Notes under the pieces: model-generated
What the model saw: only the letters and a program-made list of their open reading frames with translations
What the model was told of the DNA's origin: nothing
The model's database searches: none
Part shown: positions 41,006 to 57,257 of the stretch, one piece after another
Layout of the letters: each line of letters opens with the position of its first letter
How positions within the stretch are numbered: the first letter of the stretch is position 1
Program-made: the position numbers and the translations under genes
Source: the human T2T-CHM13v2.0 reference genome, Homo sapiens
NCBI RefSeq assembly: GCF_009914755.1
Contig: NC_060944.1
DNA length: 64,000 bases
Strand: one strand, 5' to 3'

Positions 41006-44000
41006 TCCATCCTCCAGAAAAGAGGCAATTGCTTCCAAATGTTTCCATCCCACTCTAGGTCAGCCTCTACACTTTCTGCAATGTCTATTACCTAGGAAAT
41101 GATGGCTCTTGATAAATGTTTCTTCAATGAATGGGCTACATACAGGACTCACATTTTGTTCTGCTTACTTGTTAACATGCCCATCTTGCAGTCTCTGCTA
41201 GACTGCAAATGCAAAGGCAGGAACTATCTCTAATGGCACATAGTGGGCTCTCAATAAAATCGAGAAGTTGAGCTGAATTTACAATGGATGACAAGGATGG
41301 ATTTAGCAACTCACTGTAACGCTGACTGCAAAAAAGTTACATTTTAATTTTAGAGGAAAGCAAATAGGTTGTTCAAGTAATTTAAACCCATGGGGAAAAG
41401 CAAATTGGGACAAAGGCATGCCAATCACAATTCAGTAACCTACACAACCTGGCCTTATAGCCCAGACCATATCATCTTCTGGACCTGACCAATAGGCCCT
41501 GCCTGGGCACACTTACTCTTGGAGGTGTCTGGCCCTGGAGAAGAGGGAAAGATGTGTTTGGTGGCCTGGGCTCACTTTCCTTTGGCCTTCAAGTCAACAA
41601 GTTCTCCAGTAAGTACAACCAAGAGATGCTGGGTACACATCACGTACTCAAGACTGTGGCTTGGTGTCTGTGGTTATAGAAGAATGCTGGAGCACAACAA
41701 CGTGGCGCATGGCCTCTCAATGGTCCAGGTCCAGTGCTGCTGGGCATACAATTTTCAATGCCTGAAATCCATGACATGTTTATCAGAAAGAGTATGCTAG
41801 TTTATGCTGCAATAACAAACATCCCCCAAATATCAGAGGCTTAATTCAACAAAATTTATTTCTTACTTCCCTACAGGCCTAGCATAGATCAGTATAGGGA
41901 TTGTGCTCTTTTTGGCTACTCAGAGATCCAGACTGAGGGAGGTTCCATATACTGGTTCTCAAAGCTTCCACCAGAAGTGACTCATGTCATTTCCATTTCC
42001 ATTATATTGGCCAAAGTGGGTCACATGGTCACCCTGATTTCACTGGGATGGAGAAATTCAGCCTACCATGTGGCTAGAAGAAGTTGGAACATGGCAAGTG
42101 AATGAATGGCTGTTCAAGGTGTGTGCATGCCTCTGCCCCTGATGAAATGCAAATATTCTTGGAACAAGGAGTCCACATTATGCATCAACTGCCATTAATA
42201 ACCTCATGTGGTTATTATACCCTGTTTTTCTTGAGAAAAGTCTTGATGTGATCAGAAAAGATATCCGTGGAGACCAGAAGAGACAGTAAGCGACTCAGCT
42301 CCAGAAAACAGAAAGATCAATTTAGGAGGGGAGAGACAATGGCTTTTCACACTGTCTAGTCCTAATTCTGTCCCTAAGCAGCTAGAAGTTCTTGGACACA
42401 ACCTTCAACTTCTCAGGGCCTTGGCTCCTAGTAACGTTCTGAGGCTACTGGAGGATATTATTACTAAGCCAGAGGTCACTTCACCAACATATTAAATAAT
42501 CACACTCTCACAGACAAGGAAACTCACACATGGACAGACAGAGAAAGAGAGACAGGAAGAGGAGAGAAAGAATATAACAAAGCGCTAGCATGAATGCAAG
42601 TAGAGAGAAAGTCAATGTTTTAAAGGCAACGAGACGTTGTCTTCTGAGTCTCCCCAGCTCACCACTCCCTACAAGGCTCTCAGTCCTACGGGATTTACAT
42701 TGGGGTCTTTCCAAATGGCAGGCTAGGTCTCAAAACATTTCCAGTGTCAATTTGAGAAAGAACAAATATTCATACCAGATAGAGAGGGAAAGAACCTGCT
42801 CTCTTTTACATCTAGAGCTGCCCTTGAAAATGTGAGTTTATTAACCTCGAAAGAGGCCGGGGAAAGTAGAAAGGGCTCTGAGGACAAAGTTCAGCCAAGA
42901 GAGACGTTGGGGGCAGGTTTTATTGGTCATATAACCTCTTCCTGCGGGAATTTTATGAGGCGCTGTCAGGCAGCAGAAGCCGCCTGACTGCTGGGTATCG
43001 GAGGGGCTAGGTTTGAAAGCATATTTTCTGTAGGGTCTTGATGTATTTTTAAGAAGGCAGGCAGGAATTATGTATTCCTCCTGGTATAGGATTTCTCATT
43101 TTTCTTCCAGCAGAAGTGGGAATGGATTGCTCTGAGATTTGCAAGCTTCCTGTGCATTCGGGAGGGTGGCAGTTAGAATGACAGTAATGACTTAGGTCTC
43201 CTCTGAGGGTGGTTCCTTCATTACTGGGCCCCTCCACTGCTCCCCTTCCCCCTCTGTTAGTCACAGCTGTACACCCTGCAGCTAGCCTGTCTCTTTCTGG
43301 GACAGCCTGTCAGCCACACCTGCTACTGCCCCAAATGGGGCACTAGAGACTGTGGGGCAAACCCTACAGGATTCCTTTCTCCTTTTACCCTGGCAGCACA
43401 TGTGCATACACACATCTTGTACACGCAGACATACAAGAGAACTTGCATTTCAAAGAACACTGTGAGCAATTTGAGAAATGAATAGTGAATCCTGAAAAGG
43501 GAGGTGAGGAAATGGGGAGAGCCAGCCCCACTCACTTCTATTTGGGGAAGGGCAAGGAGCCAAGGTTGTTGGTTAATCACATGTACCAGGACAGCAAAGC
43601 AAAGCAAAGGACTGATTTTCATAATCTACACACAAGACTCAAATCTTTACCACATTTCCTTAAAAAACAAATCTGAAAGTGGCCATCTGCCACTCTACGC
43701 AGCATTGTGGAAAGAATCCCACAAATGTCACATTGAGCAAAAGACAGCAGACACAAATGAGTACTATATACACTTATTTATGTTAAAAAAAAAAAGGGAG
43801 GGTGCAAAATTCATGAGTGGCTAGAAAAAGTCATGAGGGCCTTCTGTGGGCTGGTCGTGTCCTGGTTCTTGATCTGGGTGCCAGTTATGTGAAAGTATTA
43901 AATTTGTGAAAATGCATCCCTTTTCTGCATAAAACTACAACAAAAATTTGATCATGCCTCTCCCCTGCTTCAAGGAGTTCCTTGGCTGGCCATTGTCTGT

Positions 44001-44019
44001 AATGACAAATGTCACTCCT

Positions 44020-46040
<2,021 letters not shown>

Positions 46041-48989
46041 GAAATGTTGTTATTGAATGAATTACCCAGTAACTTTAGTTCTCATGGAGGAAAAGGGAAA
46101 CAGAACAGAATGGCAAACCCAAAGTCTGAAGGAGAAAACCCACAAATACTGCAATATGACCTATGCAATGGAGAACCATTTTTTTCCCTGCTGCTTGGTA
46201 ATGGCCTCTTATTTTTCCTTTGGGAAACCAGCCTCGCACCCTTGCATGGAGTATTGCTAGGCTCTCAGGAGTGGGTCAACCAAACCTCTGGAAACTTCAA
46301 TGAAGTTTTGGTCCTTGTAAGCAAGGACCAAAAATGGTTTCTTCTGTATGGAATCTCAAGACTATGTGAATTCCTGTCCTTTCTGAAACAGGTCAGATTT
46401 TTTTTCTATTTTGTGGACACTTAAATCCCTCTAATAAATTATATTTCTCCCTTCCGTGGTCTGGGATGTATTTCTCTGGCTTGCACTTAAAGGACCTTTA
46501 CAGATAAAACTGTGAAAGTCATCACAATCTTGATTTCTGCTCCCAGTCCCGCCCCAGCTGCTGCCTTCCCAGAAGTCATCCTTCAGGTGTGGTTCTGTCT
46601 CAGTCAGCCCCAGTGACTTGCCTGCGGCTGACTTCTGTGAATTCAGGCTTCCATTGTCTACCTGGCTATGACTGTCATAGGGAAGCTGTTAGGGCAGCAG
46701 AGGTGCTGATCATTTAGTGACAGGTGCAATCGTTACTACTTCTTTCTAGCATGGGTGTTGTCTGACTTGGTGGGAGTGAGCAGGAAGGGAAGATGGTGGT
46801 GTTGGGGTTGGAACTACAGAATGGATGAAGTGAGAGGAGGGCAGAGGAGTCACAAGGAAGGACAAAGTAGTCAAAGTATAAAAACATCTCAACTACCATT
46901 TGGGGCCAAGGTTGAGTCTCTTATGGATTTTGCTTGGAGGACACTTTGGCCAGCTGTTTTTATGTTACCAGAAGTGGGAAGATTAATACATGGGTATTGG
47001 TCCAGATGGAAACAGGGCATATCTGGCTTCTGCATACTTATCTTCCAAAAGCTCATTTATAAAGCAGTTGTGTGGAACTCGGTATGTGTGTTCTCATGGA
47101 AGCAAAGTAATAAAGGGTGGCCATAAAAGCTCAAGTTAAGCCGGATCACAGCCGGGCCACTCCACATGCGGAGGCTCCATCTACCACGGTGAGGAGAGCT
47201 GGCCTGGAGATAGAGCTGATGCTGGACAAGCCGGGCTTAGTGATGGAGGGAGGAGACTGAGGCATCATTTGAGCCCCTGAATCTGTCTGTGCCTGCAGCA
47301 CCTCTTACAAAGTTCCTGGTGATGCAGTCCCAGCCTCAGTAGACTCTCTTGTCCAAAATCTTCCTTGCACAACCACCACAAGCACCACAAACTACTCCTC
47401 TTTCCCTCTTTAGAATCCCAATGTCACATATTGCCTGTGGCTCTCAACTCAAATCTTAAAATGGACAGAGTTAAGTACCTTGCCCTTCTCAATCAGATGC
47501 CACCAGAAAGGAAAAATGAATGAAATGCAGTCACCATCCTTAGCTCAAAGCCTGGTGAGAGGGATAGAACAAATACAACTGATTGATGAAGCACAGAGAG
47601 GAAAAGCAACTTGGCCAAAGACACACGGCTCATTATCATGGGGTTTGAGTTCAAACCCAGACAGTCTGATTCCAGAGCCTGGCAAATTTGACTGCTGCTC
47701 ATATTATCTCTCTTTCAACTGTGAAAGATGTATTCATAGGCATTTTTCTCAAGTTTTTATTTGAAAAGGCTTTGCCCAATGGCCCACAAAGACCTGGGGT
47801 GAAGGCAGGAGCTGGAATGGGTTTGTCCTTACCCAAATTTATCCTTCACTGGCCTGATGCTGCATGGTGGTTCCTGGGGATAACTGTTCCTCTGGTCCAA
47901 AGTATCACAATCTAAACAGATTTGCAGATGTTCAGCTTCCGTTTTGCCTTTATCAAGTTCAACTGACAGTCCAGTGGGACTGGTTGCATTTGTGCCATGC
48001 ACTCCAGCCCTCTCCCTCCCACTCCCCACCCCAGCATGTTTCCCTGAGGAACTGGGAGAAGCTGCAGCTGTTGCCTCTGGTTTCCTTCAGCTCCTGCCAC
48101 AGCAGCAGTTCTTCAAAATTTCATTACTTGTCTATATTTTCAGTAAAGTCACTCAACACTCACCGTTGTCCTGCTTTCCCCAGAGCATGTCACCTTCAGT
48201 CTTCAAGCACCAGATAATTAAGTTGCTAGCAAGGTGCTGCAGAGAGGGAAGCCATGCTGGAAATCCCAGGCTGGCAGAAACCTGGAGTGGAACTCTCTTC
48301 TTAGGACTTCATTTCCATGGCCAGAAGGAAAGCAGCCTTCCCTAAATTGCACCTGCCTCAAAGCTCTATTGCCTTGACCTCAATTAAAAAAGAAATTACG
48401 ACAACATCCTTTAAAGAATGCCACTAACAGCCTCTTGGCCTTCTACGGGATACAGCAGCCAATTTGCTGGTCTGTCTCTATAGAAATTGTTTCTCCACTG
48501 TGTGGAGAAAATAAAATCCAAGATGGAGATGGTTATGTAAGAGGTATCTAAATGGGATCTGCGGGGCATAAGGAGTTGGATCCCAGTCATGTGCACACCC
48601 AGATGAAATCTGACTTGTTGAACTGGGCCAAATTGTAACACCAACTGCATTTGACTTGTACTGTTTATACTGGGCCTGATCACCAGCTTCCTGGAAAGAC
48701 AGCTAGGCCAAACAAGACTGAAAGACATCCTAAGCTGTTAACCAGCCATCATCAATCATGCACTATATGAAAACCTTCCAGGTATGTAAACTTACAGTAA
48801 ACCTTTATAAGCCCCTGCCCAACCTTGCCTGATGGAGCCGCTTGCTAGATCTGTGTGTCCTGAATTGCAATTCTTAAGACCCTGATGAAAACACCTTTTG
48901 TTTGTTTGTTTTACTGCAGTGTTGGTTTTGTTTCTTTTTAGCTGACAACTGTCTCAACAACAGATTTCTTTTACCCATGTGATTGCTAC

Positions 48990-50390
48990 TTAAAATGGGG
49001 TCAATGCCCACATCCCCTGGCAGCTTATTAGAAATGTAAAGTCTCCACCCCCATCCCAGATCTTCTGAATCAGAATCTTCAGTTTAAGAAGCTCCCCAAG
49101 TGATGTACCTTTAAGTTAGAAAAACACAGATCTAGACCAGTGGTTCTCAAACTTTCCTGAGCATTCAAGTCCCTGGGGGGCTTGTTAAAACCCGGATAGC
49201 TGGGCCTCACTCCAGGGTTTCTGATTCTTTTGATCTGGAGGGAGGCCCGAGAATTTGCATTTCTAACCAGTTCCGAGATGACGTAGACATTACTTGCTGA
49301 GAACCACACGTTGAACATCCCCAAGATAGATCATCACTTCAGAAACCGTGATGAAAGCTCTTTCTTCCTTCATTTTCAATCCATTGCAGACTGATTCTTT
49401 TGTAAAATATAATAAACATAAATTATAAAAAAATAGAAAAGACATGAAACAAAGCCCTGATTGATTAACGTTATTGTTAGATTCAACAGACATAAAATTA
49501 CTGTCAAATTGCTGTAAGAGTTTCTAAACATTTACTCAATTTCTGAACTTATCTAACACAGACCCGTGACAAAGAGTTTGGAGATCTTGCTTTGAGTAGC
49601 ACTGGTCACAGCAGCAACTCTAAAGTACAGTAGGGATACCCCTGGGGAACTCCAAGACCCCTTTGGGGGTCCACAAGGTTGAAATAATGTTCGTAATGAT
49701 GCTAACATGTTAGTATTATTATGTATGGTAGAGTTTTCCAGAGGCTACATGTAATGCAAAGGATTGGACTGCTTTAAATGCAGAAGCAGATGACAGAATA
49801 CCATCAGTTGTCTTCTTTCAAGCCCGACATTAAGGAGGTTTGCAAAAAATATAAAACAGGCTGAGTGTGGGGGCTCACACCTATAATCTCAGCACTTTGG
49901 GAGGCTGAGGAGGGAGGCTTACCTGAGACCATGAGTTTGAGACCAGCCTGGGCAACACAGCGAGACCTCCATCTCCACAAAAATAAAAATATTAAAATTA
50001 GCCAGTCGTGGTAGCATGCACCTGTAGCCCCAGCTACTTGGGAGGCTGAGGTGGGAGGATCATCTGAGGCTTCAGTGAGCTATGATCGTGCCACTATACT
50101 TCAACCTAGGGGACACAGAGCAAGACCCTCTCTCTAAAAATAAATAAGGTAAAACAGTGTCACTCTTGATTATTTCTGATTTTTTTGGTTTCAGAAAATA
50201 GTTATTTTTATAAAATATAACAATGAATCTGTTACTATTATTAAATTAAATTGTTGAAGCCCCTCAGTTTTAATATCTACTGTGATAAATATGGACTGTA
50301 CAGCTCACATAAACAAAAGCTCTTTATAGTTCTTGATAGTTCTGAAGGATGTAAAGGGGCCCAGAGCCCAAACCGTTTGAGAACAGCTGG
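48990..50390. mobile_element. Cluster of hAT-Charlie fossils (MER5-type MITEs plus larger Charlie fragment)
   Basis: CAGTGGTTCTCAAAC at 49138, ATTTGCATTTCTAAC, terminal TTTGAGAACAGCTG; the 50310-50390 end resembles the reverse complement of 277-350. Confidence 0.65.
49859..50147 (+). mobile_element. AluJ inside Charlie fragment
   Basis: Dimer; TAAAACAG on both sides. Confidence 0.85.
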
Positions 50391-51819
50391 TCCCAGTCAT
50401 CTTCTGAGAACAATTGCACTCATCTTGCTTGCGATTTCCAAATGCCTGAGTCTGCGGAAACGCAGGCCTGAGGAATTTGGAGCAGAACTGCAGTAGGCTG
50501 CCTTCTTTCTAAGTTGAACAGTAGGAAAAAGAGGGGTGTAGAGTGTAATTACGTTTTACTTGTTGGCTGTCTGCCCATACATAGGCCAGGGTAGAGCTTG
50601 TGACTCATTCTCTATTTGTTCCATTTAGGACTCTGTTGAGCTTCAAGTTACAGATATCACCAAAACCGTGGCTTCGGCAAATTAGATTTGTTTTTCTCAC
50701 ATAACAAGAAATATGGAGGTCCATTTTAGTGGTTTAATAATGCCACTAGTGACTGATTCTTTCTTGATTTTTGCTCCCATATATTTAGTGTATGGTCTTC
50801 GTTTCTTATGTTCATTTCATGGTTCCATCTACTTTCCAAAGATGGGGAAGGGTGAAAGGCAAAGGTGTCTGCTGATTGAGCCAACCCCCTTCAGTGTTTC
50901 CTGCTTGCAACACATGGCCTCTTCTATCTGCAGTGAGCGCTAAGACATGATTTCTAACCAGACGTGCTGCTTGCCTAAATAAAATCAGGATTTTTTTTAA
51001 CAAGAAAAAGGGGAGAATGGGTATTGGGAGGCAACTGTCAGTATCTGCCACATGCCAGAATCCTTAGAACTTAGCAGAATGCCTAGCCAAGAGTAAGGCT
51101 CAATAAATGTTGGTTGGATGAATGAGTGAGCTATATTACATGCACACAATCAGGTCTAAGGGGTCACAAAATGACATCAGAGTCAGATAGAGAATGGTAG
51201 TGGGGATAGTAATTGAACTGATCCATGCACTGAAAAAGGAGGGGACCCTTCTACCCCCTCATCACTCACTTTCTCTTAGGCCTTCCCTGAGGTCTTTATG
51301 TTCTTACCTCTGCAAGTTCTTTTCCTCCGTTGGCCCCTGGTACCTATATGGTGACCCTTAATGGAGCAGTCCTGAGGCTCTAGAAAAACTTACAGCAGCC
51401 TTATCTTCCCAAAGTGCTCTAGCCCCTAAAATACTCCTCCTTTACGCCAAAAGATTCTCTTTTCAGCTGTGTTTAAAGTGAAACAATTTTTTATTACGAA
51501 AAATTTTGAAAATGTAAACATGCAAAAAAGATAAGCAAGACTGCTATAATCTAGAGCAAACCAATCTCAATATTTTGATGCATAGCCTTCTAAAATTTTT
51601 CTCTTTCTATATATACTTTCTTGTTTACAAGTTTGGAATACATACTATACTGTTTTGTAATTCCTCAATTTACTCTATCATAAACATTTTTCCATGCCAA
51701 GTAACAAATGTGTGCTATAATTCTAAGTGTTGCTACCTTGGATTCCATTGTAATGTTTCATTTGCAATTGATCTCACAAGTTCCCACAGCTCCACAAATC
51801 AGACCTCAGGATTCAGATC

Positions 51820-53130
51820 CACTATGTCAGCTAGGGTCCTATGAGAAGCAAATGCCAAGATAGAAGGAGAAATGCAAAAGATTTAATGGAGGAAATTCTG
51901 TACAGGGTAAAGGGGAAGGAAATGTGAGTAGGCAGGGAGACGCTTCAGAGTAGATGCAGGCCTGACTCCTGTGAAAGGAAAAAGAGAAGGAAAGAGGTTT
52001 GGGTAGGATGAGTCTATAGACTGCAGTACAGCTCTGAGAAAGTCACAGCCAGGACAGTGAGGAGCCTCACAGCAAGAATTGTCCATTAGGAAAGTCCTGA
52101 TAGAAATGGCCTGGTTCTTGGACCCTCATGGAGTTTAATCATTTGCTGGCAGCCACCTGAGTGTGAACATTACAGTGGATCTGAAGTTGCAGCAGCTGGA
52201 GGCTCTTAGCCAAGGACATTCCTCTCAGTAGGTCCTCTTAGAAGTTCATGGATGTCATGTGAATTCTCACAGAGATTCTGTAATTTCCAGCAGAGTATGT
52301 AAATGGAGCAGAACCTAATTAGTCTAGAATAATGGGCCAACTATCCTGTGCCCAGAGACTAAGCTCTTTTATTAGGGAAAATGTTTAGGAAGCCACTCCC
52401 ATACACTGGCCCTTTCTGGCAGTAGTCAGGGGACTTAATGCTTTCACAGTATTGACTGCGGATGAGCTGTTCGCTTAGCTGACAACAAAAGAAGGACAAC
52501 CAAGTCAGTATAAGCAATAATTAGGAGAGAAGTAAGTCCATGGTGCATGGTACAAAGACTCATGTGCTTGCTAAGAACAATAACTCTCTCAGGCCAAGGC
52601 AGGAATGCATTCTGTGTCCCTCATAATATGCATCAATCTGACAGTCTGTATTGATCTCTAAAGATTGACTGTGACTACTTTTGAAGCATGCCTCTTTTGG
52701 CTAGCACTGACTGGTGGCCCTTTTTAACTGTTTCAGCACACTTTGTTTCTCCCTCTAATCCAGGGAATGAAAACTCAAATTTATATGAGAGGCTGCCCCC
52801 TAGAAGCTGAGCCTGGTACAGGAATTTTGGTGCATTTGACTTGCTGCAGATGTACTCTCTGAATAGGGTGTGAGGGAAGCAGGGTGGAGTTGGGGAAGAA
52901 GCTGAGCTAGGATATAGCCTCAGCTGTAGTCCTGCTTCAGACTGATTCCACAGGGAGCTCTGGTGCCTGAGTTGTACCACAAAGTTAGTCCCACCTGGAG
53001 ACAAGGAGACCTGTTTTTTGTACATCTATATTGGTCAGTCATTGGCAAGGCTGCTCCTTATGGGAAAGAGCACAAAATCTTCTGGGGAGGCAGCTCCTAT
53101 TTGACTGAAAAGGGGGCAGCTGGGAACTGT
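51820..53130. mobile_element. Two LTR16/LTR33-like ERVL LTR remnants (51820-52240, 52780-53130)
   Basis: Similar in style to 22856-23260. Confidence 0.45.
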
Positions 53131-53138
53131 GTATCTTA

Positions 53139-53470
<332 letters not shown>

Positions 53471-53500
53471 AGTCTTATGATTCCAACATCAGAAGTCCTA

Positions 53501-53818
<318 letters not shown>

Positions 53819-53889
53819 CTGGGGGGGAGGGGTGCAAATCGTCAGTATATATATTAATAAAATAGTTATAATTAAGCATTAATCAGGCT

Positions 53890-54675
53890 GGACTTTAACC
53901 CACTTCATTGTAACTGACAGTCTCACAGCACTAGATACTGGCCATTTGCATCTCCATTGTTCCCATAGATAGGATTTTTGATGTTAGAATCATAAGTCTT
54001 TTGTTTAAGAATTGCTTAAGGTGTTTTTGAGATCCAGAATTCCAGTGAAACGGCTGACACCAACTAGTCTGAAAACTCACACAGAGGAAAGAAATCAGCA
54101 TGAGAGGCCGGGCGTAGTGGCTCACGCCTGTAATCCCAGCACTTGGGGAGGCCGAGGCGGGCGGATCACGAGGTCAGGAGATCGAGACCATCCTGGCTAA
54201 CACGGTGAAACCCTGTCCATACTAAAAATACAAAAAATTCGCCGGGCGTGGTGGTGGGCGCCTGTAGTCCCAGCTACTCGGGAGGCTGAGGCAGGAGAAT
54301 GGCGTGAACCCTGGAGGCGGAGCTTGCAATGAACGCCGAGATGGCGCCACTGCCCTCCAGCCTGGGCGACAGAGCGCGACTCCGTCTCAAAAAAAAAAAA
54401 AAAGAAAGAAATCAGTATGAGAATACAGTTTCTTCATCTCCCTGTCCTATGACTTCACCCTGCACTCTTTGACCAATCAATGATCTCCACATTTCAGCCC
54501 ACTCCAAACCCCTGAAAACCTCTGTCCCCATACATCTTGGGGAGACAGATGTGAGGCTTCCTCTTGTCTCCTCGTTCAGCAGTTTTGTGATTATACCTCT
54601 TTCTCTGCTGCAACCCGGTGTCTCAGCATATTGACCTGGCTGTGCACATCAAGCAATGGACCTATTACTGCTACA
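53890..54675 (+). mobile_element. ERV1 (MER4-group) solo LTR interrupted by AluY
   Basis: CCAAT, CTCTTTCTCTGCTGCAA, ends ...GCTACA. Confidence 0.55.
54106..54404 (+). mobile_element. AluY, CpG-rich (young)
   Basis: GAGATCGAGACCATCCTGGCTAACACGG; TSD AAAGAAATCAG(C/T)ATGAGA at 54088 and 54405. Confidence 0.95.
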
Positions 54676-55489
54676 ATCACATCCATTCACACTCCAGCCA
54701 GCAGGAAGGAGAAAGGGCAAAGAAGGGCAAGCACCGGCCTTTGAAGGATGTTTCCTGGAAGTTGCAGAATATATAAGTGAAAATATAAGCATTTTCACTT
54801 ACATCCTGTTGGTTAGGAGGTAACTACATAGCCACATCCAAGTGGAAGGAAGGCTGAGAAATGCTTTACACTTTCGGCCCAACCTACTTTTCTTATTTAT
54901 TCCCTTTTACTCATCTTCATAAATTGCTCATTCATTAACTTTCTCACACATTCACCTTCACTTGCTCATTAAATATTTACTAGTATCTATTTTGTGCTAT
55001 ACCTTATACTATCCATTAGATAGTCAGGGGTAGATCAGGGCCATTGTACTCAAAGAGTTTCTATTTGATAGGGGTGAACAATACTATGAAATGAGTGAGA
55101 ACAATACATTCTTATAGGTGCTAAGAAATATTTCTGCAGAAGGGACAAAGGCTGGAATGGTGGATTTTACTTGGGGGAACTAGAAAATATTCATCAAGGA
55201 AGTGACTTTTGAACTGCATATTGACAAAGGCTAAATTAGATATGTGGGAAGGGCATTTCAGGCAGAGAGCATAGCAGGAACAATGGCTTGGGGTTGTACA
55301 CAGCATGACCCATTTCAGAAATGGCAAGACTCTGGCAAGTGAGAATCTATGGTGCAACAGGGGCTGGGAGGTAGAGGAAGGAGACTGGGGGCAGCTGAAG
55401 TTGAGGATACAGGCAGGGGCGGATTCTGGAAGATCTTAAAATTATCATAAGGCTGTGAGTTGCCAACTTCCAGCACAAGCACCTTATAT

Positions 55490-55645
55490 TTATTTATTTA
55501 TTTACAGATAGGGTTTTGTTCTGAAACCCAGCCAGGAGTGTGGTGCAATCATAGCTCACTACAGCCTTAACCTCCTGGGCTTGAGTGATCCTCCCACCTC
55601 AGCCTCCCAAGCATCTAAGACTACAAGCATGCATTTCCACACCGA
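55490..55645 (-). mobile_element. Old Alu right-arm monomer
   Basis: GCTCACTACAGCCTTAACCTCCTGGGCTTGAGTGATCCTCCC. Confidence 0.75.
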
Positions 55646-56559
55646 GTTAAAGCATCTATTTTTTGAGGGCTTCTGTACGTTTGGGAGCTTGCTCTGTCCA
55701 TATGCTTGACAGGCTAGAAATAACTGAAAAATTATCACTTCCCTCTTCCCCCAGGAATAGCCTTGAACCAATGATTAAAAAGAGTTGGTGGCTCCTTGGC
55801 CCTGAGCCCCAGTTGCCCAAATAGTAACTCAAATAGTAACTTGGTTGGCAACTTACCTTTTATTGGTCTCCATCCCTTCTCTTATTCTCTTTTCTCTTTA
55901 AGGGTATTTTTTGGAATCAACTTCTAAATATATTTCTTGCACTAGAATTCTGCCTCTGGGTTGACTTCTAGGGGAACTACACAAAACAATTGTGTGACTT
56001 TTACTAAAGGTAGATTGGCACCATGGGATGACTATTTACTAACAGCCTTAGCAAAGTAAGCTTATTGAAGTGAGGACTTGGTCTCATTTATCCTTGAACT
56101 CCTTGGCCCATAAAAGGCACACAACACACATTTGTTACATAAATGAATCAAACTTGTCGGATAACTTTAAGGTAAACGTTAGACAACCCCAGTTCAGAAA
56201 TGACGCTGGACAGGGACTTTCTCACCAGCTGACTTTCTTTGTAAACTCCTCTGCCATCCTCCCTCAGGCTACCTGTTCCATCTTGAAGACCCTACTTATC
56301 TTTCGCCTCCTCAGGCTATTAAGATTCTCCAAATTCCTCTCCCTTTATGTTCAGAACTATTATCCAGCTCTCTGTTTATCTACGTTAACCAATTCTATCA
56401 TGAGGCCTCTCATTCTCAGAAGCCTCAAGGTATTTTTTCCAAACAAAAACTGCCTCTCCCAGAGGTTATTTCTTAAAATTGAGTATGTTATTCCCTAATC
56501 TTGTGGTGAGTTAGGCAAAGCAGATGAAGAAAGGTTTAGCAGGTTTTGGCCTGGGTGTT

Positions 56560-57257
56560 GTTTCTATAATCCCTTGCTACTAGAGAGTCATGTGGCCAAA
56601 GGTCTCAAGATTTGTGACTTTCCCAATTTCTTCCTTAGATAACATCACTATTTGGCTAGGAACAGTGGCTAACACCTATCATACCAACACATTGGGAGGG
56701 TGAGGTGGGAGGATGGCTTGAGCCCAGGGGTTTGAGACCAGACTGGGCAACATAGTAGAAACCCATCTCTCCAAAACGTTTTTTGAAACCTGGGCACAGT
56801 GGTGTGTACCTGCGGTCCCAGCTACTCAAGAGGCTGAGGCGGGAGGACTGCTGGAGCCCAGGAGCTCGAGGCTACAGTGAGCCACTGCACTCCAGCCTGG
56901 GTGACAGAGTGAGACCCTGTCTCTATAAAAAACAAACAAATAAAAATCACTAATGTAAAATCTAAGATTGTTTTCTTTTTGAGATGGTTTTCAGACTGAC
57001 CCCCCACACCAAGACTCGTGACTCATGACTCAACTGGTCCTGTGGCCCCACCCAGAGGTGGACTTAGTGCATGAGGACTGTTTTTCACACTCCTGTGATT
57101 TCATCCCCAACCAATCTCTAGACCCCTGCTCACCAGCTTGTCCATAAAACCCCTAACGTCTGAGCCCTCAGGGATCTTGATGTGAGTGCAATGCCACGGT
57201 CTCAGTGAATCAGTTTTGTCTGTGCACTGGGCAGGAAGAACTCATCAGGTGATTACA
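56560..57257 (+). mobile_element. LTR8-like ERV1 LTR interrupted by AluJ (56654-56945)
   Basis: ACTGGTCCTGTGGCCCCACCCAG, ends GGGCAGGAAGAACTCATCAGGTGATTACA. Confidence 0.6.
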
